A DNA stretch of 64,000 nucleotides from an uncultured delta proteobacterium (GCA_963816395.1 CAWFKQ010000016.1:448001-512000); one strand, 5' to 3'; positions 42,741 to 53,798 are shown, counted from the first letter of the stretch. Translations and numbers: made by a program. Notes: generated from the sequence alone by a model not told the origin.

Positions 42741-45700
42741 ATGACAGCCCCCACTGATCCGTTTCGCCAGTTCGCCAGCAGCGAGGGCCTTCCCATCCCG
42801 GGAAATACCCTGCGCGGTTGGCAGCAAACAGTGGATCTGCTGGCCGAGGTTCTCGGGGTGGCGGCGGCCCTGATTGTGCGAGTGCTCCCCGCGGCGGAGA
42901 TCGAGGTTCTGGTCTCCAGCCAGACACCGGGGAACCCCTATCGCGCCGGACAGAAAAGTGCCCTCGGCGCCGATATTTTCTCGGCAACGGTTGCGACCGG
43001 CGGGAAGGAACTTCTGGTGCCGTACCTCCCGGCGGAGGCCCGGCGGTTTTCCGGCCCCGATGCCGCTGCCGGTCTGCTCTCCTATATGGGGGTGCCCCTG
43101 CACTGGCCGAGCGGCCGGGTCTTCGGAGCGATCTGCGTTCTCGACCGGCAGGAAAATCACTATGAGGGATTTTGCCGGAAACTTCTCGGTCAAGCGCAAG
43201 ACCTCGTGCGGCTTGGTCTGCAGGCCCTCTACGATGCTCAGGTGCGCAGCCAGAACGGAGAAGAACTGGATCGTCTGCACCTGGAGTTGGAGCAGGCCGT
43301 TGCCAAGGTTGAACACCGCGTGCAAGCGCGTACCCGGGAGCTTGCCCGGGCCAATGAAGCACTGCGCATCAGCGAAGCCAGGTTTCGTACCCTGATCGAT
43401 CATGCACCCGAGGCGATGCTTGTCATGGAAATGGATTCCATGAAGATCATCGATATCAATGCGGTGGCGGAAAAACTCTATGGCTGGAGCCGGGAGGAAC
43501 TGCTGCAGGTCGGTCCCGCCGATGTCAGCCCTCTGTACCAGCCGGATGGTTCTCTCTCTTCCGAGGCGGCCGTGGCGCGGGTCGCCAAAGCCGCCGAGAA
43601 AGGGGTGCATGTTTTTGAATGGGTCCATTTAAATGCGGCCGGCAGGGAGTTCCTTTGCGAGGTGCGCCTGGTCCAACTGCCGCCTGCCGGCGGCAATCTT
43701 TTCCGGGCCAGCATTATAGACATTACCGAACAGAAAAAAGCCGAACAGGCATTGATCCAGAGTGAGAACAAGTATCGGACCATTTTCGACCATATTTCCG
43801 AGGGGCTGGCCTTTGTCGATATCGATGGGAGTTTTCTGGACGTCAACCCCGCCTATTGCCAGATGCTCGGTTATTCGCGAGAGGAGATGAGCGCCCTCAC
43901 CGTGCCGGACGTCATTCATCCAGATTACCGGCTGGTCTTTGAAGGGTTTTTATCCGCCATCCGAAACCATGAATATGAGGTATTTAAAGGCGAAGTCATC
44001 CATGTCCATAAAGACGGCCGCTTGATTCACACCGAAGTGCAAGGCAGGGCATTCAAGTTCAAGGGCAAAGATTGCCTGCTGGGCGCCCTGCGCGACATCT
44101 CGGAACGGAAGCAGGCGGAGGAGGCCTTGCGGGAGAGCGAAGAGCGGGTGCGGCTGCTGCTCGATTCGACGGCGGAAGCCATCTACGGCATTGATCTGGA
44201 GGGCCGCTGCACTTTCTGTAACCCATCGACCCTTCGCCTGCTGGGTTACCAGGAGCAGGCTGATCTGCTGGGCAAAGACATGCACGCCCTGATTCATTAC
44301 AAGCACCCGGACGGCCGTCCGTATCCGATTGAAGAATGCCAGGCGTGCCAGGCCTTTCACCGGAGTGAGGGTTTTCACGTCAAGGACGAGGTGTTCTGGC
44401 ACGCCGACGGCACCTCTTTTCCGGTGGAGTACCGCGCCTTCCCGATTCGTAAGCAAGGGCAGGTGCTCGGTGCGGTGGTGACCTTTCTGGATATCACCGA
44501 ATCCAAGCAGGCCGAGCAGGCCCTGGCCAAAAGCGAAAACCAGTTTCAGAGTGTTTTCGAGAACGCCGCCATGGGGGTGATCCTGCTGGATCTTGAAGGC
44601 CGCCTGATCAGGTGCAACCCGGCCTTCTGCCGGATGCTAGGCTACCCGGAAGCGGAACTCAAATCCCTGCGCTTCAAGGATTTTACCCACCCCGAAGACA
44701 TCCCGAAAAGTATCCGCCAGTTCAGGCAGCTGCTGGCCGGGAAAAGGGAATACCAGTATGAGAAGCGCTACCTGTCCAAGCAAAAGGAAATCATCTGGGT
44801 CCGCGTGACCGTTTCGAGAATCGGGACCACGGAGGGGCTGTCCGACTTTGCCCTGGCCATGGTGGAAGACGTCACCGAACAGAGAAAAGTCGAACAGGCC
44901 CTGTTGCAGAGCGAGGAAAGGTATCGGGCCATTTTCAATAATATTTCAGATGGATTGTCCGTTCATGATTTCGAGGGGCGGTTCCTGGAGGTCAATCCCG
45001 CCGATTGCAAGATGCACGGGTATACGAGAGAAGAAATGATGGCCTTGACCGTGCCCAACATGGTTCACCCGGATTGTTCCAACGTTTTCAATGAGTACAA
45101 GGAGTCGATTGAAAAAACGGGTTTTTTTGTCGGGGATGTGAAGCAGTTCCGCAAAGACGGCAGCATAATCCATGTCGAAGTCAAGGGGACGACGATCTAT
45201 CTCGAAAACAAGAAATATCTCCTGGCCATCGTGCGTGATATTACCGAACGCAAGCGGGCGGAGGAGGAGCTGAGAAGGCATCAGGAACATCTTGAAGAAC
45301 TGGTGGCAGAACGTACGGTCGAACTGGCGGCCTCCAAAGAGCAGGCGGAGACCGCCAATCGCGCCAAAAGCGTCTTTCTCGCCAACATGTCGCATGAACT
45401 GCGCACCCCCCTGAACGCTATCCTCGGTTTTTCCCAGCTGATGCGGCATGATCGCACCCTGGTCGAGGCTTCCCGGGAGAAACTGGATATCATCAATCGC
45501 AGCGGCGAGCATCTGCTGGGGATCATCAACGATGTACTGGAGGTTTCCAAGATCGAGGCCGGGCATATCGCCTTGCATCGGGCGACCTTCGACTTCTACG
45601 GGCTGCTGGAGGATATCTCGGCGATGTTCGGCATGCGCGCCGGGCAGAAGGGGGTGCGCTTCATCGTCGAACAGGCGGAGGATTTGCCGCGCTATCTGGT

Positions 45701-46748
45701 CGGCGACGAGGGGAAACTGCGGCAGGTGTTGATCAACCTGCTCGGCAACGCCGTCAAGTTCACCGACGAAGGGGAGATTACCCTGCGGGTCACTGCGGCC
45801 CGGGAGGGGACGGAAAACGGGAATCCGGGACAACGGCTCCTGCGCCTGGAGGTGGCGGACACCGGCGTCGGCATTGCGGACAAGGAGATGAACAGGCTTT
45901 TCCACCCCTTCGAGCAGACGCTGAGCGGGCAGGTCAAGGGCGGTACCGGCCTGGGACTGGCGCTCAGCTGGGAGTACGCGCGCCTGATGGGCGGCCATCT
46001 CAGTGCCGCCAGCGAACCAGGTAAAGGGAGCCTTTTTTCTTTCTCCTGCCGCCTTGAGGAAGGCTGCGAATCGTCGCTGGAGAGGGGGGAGGATATGCGG
46101 CGGGTGGTCGGTCTGGTGCCCGATTCCGGACCGAAGACCCTCCTGGTGGTGGATGATCAGGAAGAGAGCCGCCGTTTTGTGGCGGAACTGTTGAGCCTGG
46201 TCGGGTTCGGGATTTGCGAGGCGGCAAACGGCGAGGAGGCGCTGGCTGTCTTCGCCGCCGAGGGTCCGGATCTGGTGCTGATGGACATGCGGATGCCGGT
46301 GCTGGACGGCTACGCGGCGACGCGGCGGCTGAAGGCCACACCTGCCGGGAGAAAAACCCCGGTCATCGTCTTGAGTGCGAGCGGGCTGGCGGAGGAAAGG
46401 GAAAAAATTCTGGCGACCGGGGCCGATGAATTCATCTGTAAGCCTTTTCGGGAGCGTGAGCTTTTCGACGCCATCGGCAGGTTGCTCGGGATCAAGTACC
46501 GCTATGCCGAAATGATGAAAGGCGCACCGCCGTTCGCCGAAACCGCCAAGCTGACCTCCGCCGATCTGGAGGGCCTGCCGACGGCGCTTCGGGCGGAGTT
46601 GCGCCAGGCGCTGTTCGCTCTGAATGTCGGCGCCATCCGAAACGCCATCGATCGCGTCTGCTCGATCGACGCTCCGGTCGGGGAAGCCATGCTGCGGCTG
46701 GCGATGGACTATCAGTTCGAGATTCTGCTGGGCTTGATGAAGGAATAG
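42741..46748 (+). CDS. Cytoplasmic hybrid sensor kinase: GAF + 5 PAS + HisKA/HATPase + REC
   Basis: Five PAS repeats ending DIT/DIS/DVT; FLANMSHELRTPLN; NLLGNAVKFT; GTGLGL; LMDMRMP; no TM segment seen. Confidence 0.92.
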   Translation: MTAPTDPFRQFASSEGLPIPGNTLRGWQQTVDLLAEVLGVAAALIVRVLPAAEIEVLVSSQTPGNPYRAGQKSALGADIFSATVATGGKELLVPYLPAEARRFSGPDAAAGLLSYMGVPLHWPSGRVFGAICVLDRQENHYEGFCRKLLGQAQDLVRLGLQALYDAQVRSQNGEELDRLHLELEQAVAKVEHRVQARTRELARANEALRISEARFRTLIDHAPEAMLVMEMDSMKIIDINAVAEKLYGWSREELLQVGPADVSPLYQPDGSLSSEAAVARVAKAAEKGVHVFEWVHLNAAGREFLCEVRLVQLPPAGGNLFRASIIDITEQKKAEQALIQSENKYRTIFDHISEGLAFVDIDGSFLDVNPAYCQMLGYSREEMSALTVPDVIHPDYRLVFEGFLSAIRNHEYEVFKGEVIHVHKDGRLIHTEVQGRAFKFKGKDCLLGALRDISERKQAEEALRESEERVRLLLDSTAEAIYGIDLEGRCTFCNPSTLRLLGYQEQADLLGKDMHALIHYKHPDGRPYPIEECQACQAFHRSEGFHVKDEVFWHADGTSFPVEYRAFPIRKQGQVLGAVVTFLDITESKQAEQALAKSENQFQSVFENAAMGVILLDLEGRLIRCNPAFCRMLGYPEAELKSLRFKDFTHPEDIPKSIRQFRQLLAGKREYQYEKRYLSKQKEIIWVRVTVSRIGTTEGLSDFALAMVEDVTEQRKVEQALLQSEERYRAIFNNISDGLSVHDFEGRFLEVNPADCKMHGYTREEMMALTVPNMVHPDCSNVFNEYKESIEKTGFFVGDVKQFRKDGSIIHVEVKGTTIYLENKKYLLAIVRDITERKRAEEELRRHQEHLEELVAERTVELAASKEQAETANRAKSVFLANMSHELRTPLNAILGFSQLMRHDRTLVEASREKLDIINRSGEHLLGIINDVLEVSKIEAGHIALHRATFDFYGLLEDISAMFGMRAGQKGVRFIVEQAEDLPRYLVGDEGKLRQVLINLLGNAVKFTDEGEITLRVTAAREGTENGNPGQRLLRLEVADTGVGIADKEMNRLFHPFEQTLSGQVKGGTGLGLALSWEYARLMGGHLSAASEPGKGSLFSFSCRLEEGCESSLERGEDMRRVVGLVPDSGPKTLLVVDDQEESRRFVAELLSLVGFGICEAANGEEALAVFAAEGPDLVLMDMRMPVLDGYAATRRLKATPAGRKTPVIVLSASGLAEEREKILATGADEFICKPFRERELFDAIGRLLGIKYRYAEMMKGAPPFAETAKLTSADLEGLPTALRAELRQALFALNVGAIRNAIDRVCSIDAPVGEAMLRLAMDYQFEILLGLMKE

Positions 46749-46857
46749 CCCTGGCGGCGTTGTTTCGGCGGTGCACGGCGTGCTCGCCGCCGGAAAGGTC
46801 CCGAAGGGGGAAACCGCAGGGAGGACATGCGGAAAAAGGAGGCGGAAAATTCTCGTG

Positions 46858-48367
46858 ATGAGCCATTTCAAAAACCCGGCAATCCGGACCGTGGGGAGAA
46901 AGAGCGAATGTCCTGGTGGTGGATGATACGCCGCAGAATCTCTCACTCCTGTCCGAGATTCTAACTGCGGGCGGCTTTGAAGTGCGACCGGCCAAAAGCG
47001 GCAATATGGCGCTGGTGTCGGCACGGGCCATCCCGCCTGAGCTGATCCTGCTCGATATCATGATGCCCGGGATGGATGGCTACGAGGTCTGCCGTCAGCT
47101 CAAAGCCGATGAACGAATGCGCGATGTGCCGGTCATCTTCATCAGCGCCCTGGAGGAGACGGTCGACCGGGTCAAGGCCTTCGAGGTCGGCGGAGTCGAC
47201 TTTGTCACCAAGCCCTTCCAGGCCGCCGAGGTCCTGGCCCGGGTGCGAACCCACCTCGCCCTGCGGCGAGTCCAGCTCAGCCTGGAAAGGCAGAACGCCC
47301 AGTTGGAACGGGAAATCGCCGAGAGGAAGAGAACCGAGGAGGAACTCTCCAGGGTTCAGGATTCCCTTACCGGCATCCTGGAGCGGAAACTGCGACACCC
47401 GGAGGTATTCAAAAGCATCGTTTCCCAAAGTGAAAAGATGCGGAACCTGTTTCAATATATCGAAGCCCTGGCCTGTAGCTCCGAGCCCGTGCTCATTACC
47501 GGTGAGAGCGGTGTCGGCAAGGAACTCATTGCCAGGGCCATCCATGACATCAGCCACCCGCGAGGCCCCTGGGTGCCGGTCAATATCGCCGGCCTCGACG
47601 ACAATGTCTTTTCCGACACGCTGTTCGGTCATGTGAAAGGGGCTTTTACGGGAGCAGATCGGGCCCGGGCCGGAATGATCGAGAAAGCGGCTGGCGGCAC
47701 CCTTTTTCTCGATGAAATCGGTGATCTGAACCCCGTCTCGCAGGTAAAACTCCTGCGGCTGCTTCAGGAAAAGGAGTTCATGCCCCTGGGAAGTGACAGG
47801 GCGATGGAGGTCAGTGCCCGCATCGTTGTTGCAACCAACGTCAACCTGGAACAGAAACAGAAAACCGGCGAGTTTCGAAAGGATCTCTATTTCAGGCTTT
47901 ACACTCACCATATCGAGGTCCCTCCCCTGCGAGAACGACCAGAGGATATCCCGTGTCTGCTGGACCATTTACTGGCGGAAGCCGCCCGGGAGATGGGCAA
48001 GAAGAAACCGACGCCGCCGCCAGAACTTCTGCTTTTACTTGAAAACTACCATTTCCCAGGAAACATCCGTGAACTTCGGGCCATGGTCTTCAATGCCGTG
48101 AGTGTGCATAATGGCCGGAAACTCTCCATGGACCTCTTTAAAAAGTCCATGGGGATATCCAGAAAGGAGTCTGTCTCAACACATGACGACTCGCCGGAGA
48201 ACCCACTGCTCACCTTTCACGAGCGCCTGCCGACCCTGAAAGAATCCGCCGACCTTCTGGTCCGGGAAGCCATACGGCGAACCAGGGGCAACCAGTCCAT
48301 GGCGGCGAGGCTTCTCGGCATCACGCAACCCGCCTTGAGCAGTCGATTGAAAAAGCTGGAGCAGTAG
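46858..48367 (+). CDS. Sigma-54-dependent response regulator (REC-AAA+-HTH), probable 1-nt indel in the first ~50 nt
   Basis: LLDIMMP, GESGVGKE, GAFTGA, LFLDEIG, FPGNIREL, Fis-type HTH; RBS plus ATG 46858 is out of frame with the main ORF (46916). Confidence 0.92.
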
Positions 48368-48390
48368 AAGTCAGGGAAAAGGCCAAAGTT

Positions 48391-48483
48391 TTATTATAGG
48401 CCCAATCAGGACTATAATAAGCCATCCGTCTGATCTGAAAGACATTTCTCACCTCCGTCCATTCTCTCATAATGTAAGCTATA
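48391..48483. promoter_or_regulatory. Candidate upstream activator sites (fdhD-pad-like operon)
   Basis: Perfect IR TTATTATAG-N12-CTATAATAA (48391-48420) and CATAA-N6-CTATA (48468-48483). Confidence 0.65.
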
Positions 48484-48563
48484 GCCTTTTCCATCCGCCC
48501 CTCTCCCCCTCCCATTCAGTACAAACCAGTGTTTTACATAGTTTCAGGTGCAACATTTGCCTT

Positions 48564-48579
48564 TGGCATTATGGTTGCT
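48564..48579 (+). promoter_or_regulatory. Sigma-54 (-24/-12) promoter
   Basis: TGGCAT-TATGG-TTGCT. Confidence 0.85.
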
Positions 48580-48761
48580 CTTGCTATCTTCCGGGCGGCG
48601 CAATTACCCGATGGCATGGACTCAAGCGCCGGCAAGAGCGAATTCGCATAACGCTGTTTCCGCTAAATTCGGCAGCCCCTTCGGAAAACGATCTCGCCCG
48701 GCCCGGGCGAGCAGGAACGGCTTTTTTCTCCAGTCCCAAACCGCCGCAAAAGGGGGAAGAG

Positions 48762-49614
48762 ATGATAGATGAATCGGTCAAACTGCCTGTCATCAAGGTC
48801 ATGGGACGGGAAAAGAGCCTGGCCGAGGACCCGGTTGTCCGGGAGAGTCCCGATAACCATTTTTTTCAATAAAGAGGAGATCGTCACCATTCTGTGCTCA
48901 CCGGATCAGATCAGGGAGTTGACGATCGGCTTTCTCGTCTCCGAAGGCTTTATCCGGGCACGAGACGATCTGTACACGATTGGCCACCATTGCGAAGAAA
49001 ACATCATCCGGGTCGAAGGAAAACCCCGGCCGGCCCAGAAAACGGCGATGAACAGGCGCGTCATGTCAGCGTGCTGCGGCAAGAGCCGGGCTTCCTTCAA
49101 TTTCGAGAACGATGCCTCCCTGGTCAGCGCCCAGCGGTCAGAGGTTCGGGTTCCTCTCGACGAGGCGACATTCTATGCGAACTTTCTCGACCAGAACTCT
49201 TCTCTCTTCAGGGAGACCGGAGGAATTCACAATGGTGGAGTCGGATTTTCGGGTGAAGTCCGTTACATCTGCCACGACATCGGACGGCACAATGTGCTCG
49301 ACAAGATCCTTGGCAGGGCGTACCTGCTCAACCTGGATCTTGCCGACCATGTTCTGTTCTTCAGCGGCAGGGTTTCATCGGAAATCCTCCTGAAAGTGGC
49401 AAAAATGAATATTCCCATACTCGTCGCCCGCTCGGCGCCCACCGATCTGGCCGTAGCTCTTGCCGAAGACTTGAATATCACGCTCATCGGTTTCGCCCGA
49501 GGGGACAGGTTGAATATCTATTCCAGCCCGGAGCGGATCAGGCTGCCTCCCCTGTTGTGGAAGGATTCCTCCAGAGGCGGAGGCGATGAAGCCCGCAGGC
49601 AAATTCGCCTCTAA
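48762..49614 (+). CDS. fdhD: Molybdenum cofactor sulfurtransferase FdhD, frameshift near 48845
   Basis: EDPVVRE../PITI, ELTIGFLVSEG, SACCGK, FRETGGIH, DIGRHNVLDK, SGRVSSE. Confidence 0.9.
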
Positions 49615-49690
49615 ATAAAACCATTCGGCAAGGCGCGGCCTCAACAGGCGAGAAGGGAAGGGAACGTTTGCAAAAACAGGGAGGAAGAAC

Positions 49691-52204
49691 TTGAAACAGA
49701 GTGAACTGGTGGCACAAAAGGATTACTGGGCCAAAAGCGCCTGCAAGATGTGTATTCATAGCTGCGCAATCAGGGCTCACGTCGTGGACGGGGTAGTGGT
49801 AAAGATCGAGGGTGACCCCGAAAACCCCAGCAACCGCGGGAAGCTATGCCCCAAGGGGCAGGCCGGCATCATGCGGCTCTACGATCCCCACCGGGTGAAG
49901 ACCCCCCTGAAACGGACCAACCCGGAAAAGGGAGCGGGGATCGATCCCAAGTGGGAGCCCATCTCCTGGGAGGATGCCCTCGCCATTACGGCCGCAAAAT
50001 TGAAAAAGATCCGGGCGGAGGACCCCCGCAAGCTGCTCGTGGCCATCAACGATTTCCACCGGATCCACATCTGGGGTTGGGGCGCGGCTTTCGGGACCCC
50101 TCACTACTTCTCCACCGTAGGTCAGTACTGCGGCGCCGCCTACCACCCGGTCAACGGCACCCTGGACGGCTCCTTTGCCGCGGTCAACGATTACGACCAC
50201 TGCAAGTACTGGATACAGATCGGCGCCGGGGACGGGTTTTCCTCCCACCTGCACGTGGCCGCCTCCATCAAGAGGATGGCCGATGCCCGCGTGGACCGGG
50301 GAATGAAGCTGGTCGTGGTCGAACCCCGCATGTCGACGGGGGCAGCCAAGGCTGACGAGTGGCTGCCCATCCGGCCCGGGACGGACCGCGCCTTCGTCCT
50401 GGGCATGGCCTATGTGCTGCTCTATGAGCTGAATATTTACGATCGCGGGTTCATCCGCAAACATACCAACGGCATCTATCTGGTGGCGCCGGACGGCAAT
50501 CTGCTCAGGAACTCCGAATCAAAGCCGATGGTCTGGGATGCCGCCGGCCAACAGGCCCGGGAGTTCGATGCCCCGGGGTTGAACCTGGAGGACATCGCCC
50601 TGGAGGGGGTCTATGAGATCGATGGGGTCGCCTACCGGCCGGCCTTTCAGGTGATCAAGGACACCCTGAAGGACCACACCCCCGAGAGGATGTCCGGGAT
50701 CAGTTCGATTCCGGCGGCCACCATCCGCCGCATCGCCAAGGAGTTCGTCGAGGCGGCCTGCATCGGCAGCACCATTATGCTCGATGGCAAGGAATATCCC
50801 TATCGGCCGGCGGCCGTCAATTTCTATCGCGGCGCCATCGGGCATTACGATGGCGGACTCGACGCCGAGGCCATGAAACTGATCAACCTGCTGATCGGGA
50901 ACATCGATGTGCCCGGCGGCCATATCGGGGTCGGTCTCGATCACCGGCTGCTCCTCATCGCCGAGGGGAAGGACGGCATGCTCCAGCCCCAGCCGCACAT
51001 TCTGCATCCCCCCTATGCGTTCGCCGAGAAGCCCTACAGCTATCAGCTCATGGAATGGTATCCCATCGGGATCGATCCCGGGCACCTGACCGCGGACAAC
51101 GTTTTATACCCGGAAAAATATGGCTTCGACTTCCAGCCGGAGGCTCTGATCATCGAGCATTCCAACCCTCTGTGGAACCTTTCCGCGACCAATAAGGTGA
51201 CGGATGTTTTCAAAAAGCTCGACTTCATTGTGGCCATCGACATCGTCCTCAACGAATCCACCGATTGGGCCGACATCGTCCTCCCGGACCTGTCCTACCT
51301 GGAGTCGCACCTGCTGGTCTGTATCGAATCCCCCATGGTCACGGGTCATTTCTACCGGCGGCCGGTGATCGAACCGCTCTACGACGGCCGGGACGCTACG
51401 GACATCCTGACGGATCTGGCGGAGCGCATCGGTTTTCTGGATGCCTGGAACGGCCTGCTCAATTTCACCGTCTTCCTCACGCCGGAGAATCAGCTGGATC
51501 CGGCCACCAAATACAGCAACCTGGAATTGACCGACCGGATGGCGAAGAGCATCTATGGGCCGGACAAGGGGCTGGACTGGTTTCAGGAGAACGGCCATGC
51601 CACCCGCAAACAGACGCCGGAGGAAATGTATCTGCCTTTCGCCAAAAAGGGGCTGCGCATTCCCATCTACTTCAACTTCATCAAGGAGACCGGGGATGAC
51701 CTGGCGCAGAAGATGAAGGCGGCGGGCGTGGAGTGGGATACTTCATCCTACCTGCCGGTGCCGGTCTGGCGGGACCATCATCCCCTGCACAACCTGCCGG
51801 CCGAATATGACCTTTATGCCTTTGCCTTCAAGGAGTGTCAGACCAACTTCTCGGAAAGCACCAACATCCCCTGGATCGACGAGGCGATAAGCTGCATGCC
51901 CATCCATCTGGGGGTGATGATCAACTCGAAGACGGCCAGGAAAAAGGGGATCAGGACCGGCGACATCCTCAAGCTCGAATCACCGTTCGGGGAAGTGACC
52001 GGCCGTGCCAGTGTCTGCGAAGAGGTGCATCCGGAGTGTGTTGCCCTGTCGAACGGCCTCAGCCGATGGTCCCAGCACCCCGTCGGGAAGAGAAAGGTTT
52101 CGACGCACTTCAACAAGCTGCTGCCGGCGGATGTCAAATGGACCGATGGCATGACCGGCCACCTGGAGACTTCGACCAAGGTCAAAATCAGCATCATTTC
52201 GTGA
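49691..52204 (+). CDS. DMSO reductase-family (Mo-bisPGD) catalytic subunit, PadB-like, no Tat signal
   Basis: CKMCIHSC...LCPKG [4Fe-4S] motif, WLPIRPGTD, ADIVLP; candidate Cys Mo ligand in GQYCG. Confidence 0.85.
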   Translation: MKQSELVAQKDYWAKSACKMCIHSCAIRAHVVDGVVVKIEGDPENPSNRGKLCPKGQAGIMRLYDPHRVKTPLKRTNPEKGAGIDPKWEPISWEDALAITAAKLKKIRAEDPRKLLVAINDFHRIHIWGWGAAFGTPHYFSTVGQYCGAAYHPVNGTLDGSFAAVNDYDHCKYWIQIGAGDGFSSHLHVAASIKRMADARVDRGMKLVVVEPRMSTGAAKADEWLPIRPGTDRAFVLGMAYVLLYELNIYDRGFIRKHTNGIYLVAPDGNLLRNSESKPMVWDAAGQQAREFDAPGLNLEDIALEGVYEIDGVAYRPAFQVIKDTLKDHTPERMSGISSIPAATIRRIAKEFVEAACIGSTIMLDGKEYPYRPAAVNFYRGAIGHYDGGLDAEAMKLINLLIGNIDVPGGHIGVGLDHRLLLIAEGKDGMLQPQPHILHPPYAFAEKPYSYQLMEWYPIGIDPGHLTADNVLYPEKYGFDFQPEALIIEHSNPLWNLSATNKVTDVFKKLDFIVAIDIVLNESTDWADIVLPDLSYLESHLLVCIESPMVTGHFYRRPVIEPLYDGRDATDILTDLAERIGFLDAWNGLLNFTVFLTPENQLDPATKYSNLELTDRMAKSIYGPDKGLDWFQENGHATRKQTPEEMYLPFAKKGLRIPIYFNFIKETGDDLAQKMKAAGVEWDTSSYLPVPVWRDHHPLHNLPAEYDLYAFAFKECQTNFSESTNIPWIDEAISCMPIHLGVMINSKTARKKGIRTGDILKLESPFGEVTGRASVCEEVHPECVALSNGLSRWSQHPVGKRKVSTHFNKLLPADVKWTDGMTGHLETSTKVKISIIS

Positions 52205-52219
52205 TAGGAGACAGGCGCA

Positions 52220-52828
52220 ATGCATTATGGAATGGTGATCGACCTCAAGCGTTGTGTGGGCTGCCAGTCTTGTACCATTGCCTGCAAAGCCGAGAATGGA
52301 ACCCCGCCAGGGGTTATGTACACCAAGGTTCTGGACCAGGTGTCGGGGGAATATCCGAATGTAAGAAAGCAGTTCGTGCCGGTCCTCTGCAACCATTGCC
52401 AGAATGCTCCCTGCCAGAAGGTGTGTCCTACCGGCGCCACCTACAAGCGCGAGGACGGGCTGGTTCTGGTGGACAGCGACAAGTGCTTCGGGTGCCGGGC
52501 CTGTTACGTGGCCTGCCCCTACAACAACCGGATTTTCCTGCAGCGGGGGAAGCTCAAGAAGGGATATCACGGCAAGGTGATGACCCCTTACGAGGAGGTC
52601 AAATATAAGGAGCACCAGGACGGAATTGTGCATAAGTGCAAGTTCTGTGCGCCCCGGGTGGATCAGGGACTGGAACCTTCCTGTGTCCAGACCTGTCCGG
52701 CCGATGCCAGAGTGTTCGGCGACCTGGATGATCCCGAGAGCAAGGTCAGCCGCCTGATCCGCAGCCGGGGCGGCATGCAGGCCCTCAGTGACGATAACAC
52801 CGACCCCTCTGTCTACTACTTGAGCTAG
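52220..52828 (+). CDS. 4x[4Fe-4S] electron-transfer subunit (DmsB/PadC-like)
   Basis: CVGCQSCTIAC, CNHCQNAPC..VCP, CFGCRACYVACP, CKFC...C..TCP. Confidence 0.92.
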   Translation: MHYGMVIDLKRCVGCQSCTIACKAENGTPPGVMYTKVLDQVSGEYPNVRKQFVPVLCNHCQNAPCQKVCPTGATYKREDGLVLVDSDKCFGCRACYVACPYNNRIFLQRGKLKKGYHGKVMTPYEEVKYKEHQDGIVHKCKFCAPRVDQGLEPSCVQTCPADARVFGDLDDPESKVSRLIRSRGGMQALSDDNTDPSVYYLS

Positions 52829-52839
52829 GAGAAAGTCCC

Positions 52840-53718
52840 ATGGCCAAAGATATGACCTTAGTCGGGAACGAATTCGTTTCTGGTTTTCGGCAGCAGACGG
52901 AATGGGGCGGGCTGATCGCCAGCGCATTTTTCTTCGGCAAGGTTGGCGCCGGGCTCTTCATGATATCCGTGCTGACGCAATCACGGCTCGGCATGCTGAT
53001 TGGCCTGTTGATCGTGCTTGCCGGCAAGGGCGGGGCTCATATGCTCTATCTCGGAAGGCCACTGCGCTTCCTGCGCGGGATGGCCCGTCCGGGCACCTCC
53101 TGGGTGGCCAGAGGGTTCTGGGCGATGACCCTGATGACGGCCACCGGCTTCCTGGCGGTACTCCTGCCGGCCGGCAGCTCCCTGTTCCTGCCGGTGGCGG
53201 TTTTCGCCGCGGCCTGCGCTTTTGTCGTAGCGATCTACGACGGATTTCTACTCACCTCCTCCCCGTCGATACCCATTTGGAATACGGCCCTGATGCCGGT
53301 TCTGTGTATGTTTTATGCCTTCCTGGGAGGGACCACCGTCACTCTTTTCCTGGCCCACATGGGTCTGCTGGAACTGCCGGTCAACAACCAGGTATTTTCC
53401 GCCGTTGAAATCATTTTACTGGTGGTCAACCTGATCATTGTCATTCTTTTTCTGGCGTCGAGCATCAATTCCGGATCCGCCGGCAGAGAATCCTTCAACC
53501 TGCTGGTCAGGGGCGCGTACGCCCTCCCTTTCTTTGCCCTGGTCGTCGGCGTCGGGCTGGTTTTTACCCTGTCCATGCTGCTGGTGGTCGGGTCGGATGC
53601 CGGGCCCGGTATGGTTTTCCTGATTACCGTCGCGGACCTGGTGGGACATTATTTCCTGTTTTTTCTGCTGCTGAAGGCAGGGGTGTTCAAACCGGTTCTG
53701 GGTCACCTGAAAATCTGA
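52840..53718 (+). CDS. NrfD/DmsC-type membrane anchor (PadD-like)
   Basis: QTEWG, LGRPLRF, SWVARG, IPIWN; about 8 TM segments. Confidence 0.85.
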   Translation: MAKDMTLVGNEFVSGFRQQTEWGGLIASAFFFGKVGAGLFMISVLTQSRLGMLIGLLIVLAGKGGAHMLYLGRPLRFLRGMARPGTSWVARGFWAMTLMTATGFLAVLLPAGSSLFLPVAVFAAACAFVVAIYDGFLLTSSPSIPIWNTALMPVLCMFYAFLGGTTVTLFLAHMGLLELPVNNQVFSAVEIILLVVNLIIVILFLASSINSGSAGRESFNLLVRGAYALPFFALVVGVGLVFTLSMLLVVGSDAGPGMVFLITVADLVGHYFLFFLLLKAGVFKPVLGHLKI

Positions 53719-53798
53719 CGAGTATCTCATCCAGACCGCTTGTCTTCTCCCCCTGCGCCCGCTGACTTGGGCGGAGGGGAGAACCCGGGGAGAAAAAC

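Noticed and set aside
48580..48761. Moco/Wco riboswitch in the long leaders (also 37350-37534)
   Set aside because: Hairpins are present but I could not match conserved Moco-motif elements; an Infernal search would decide.
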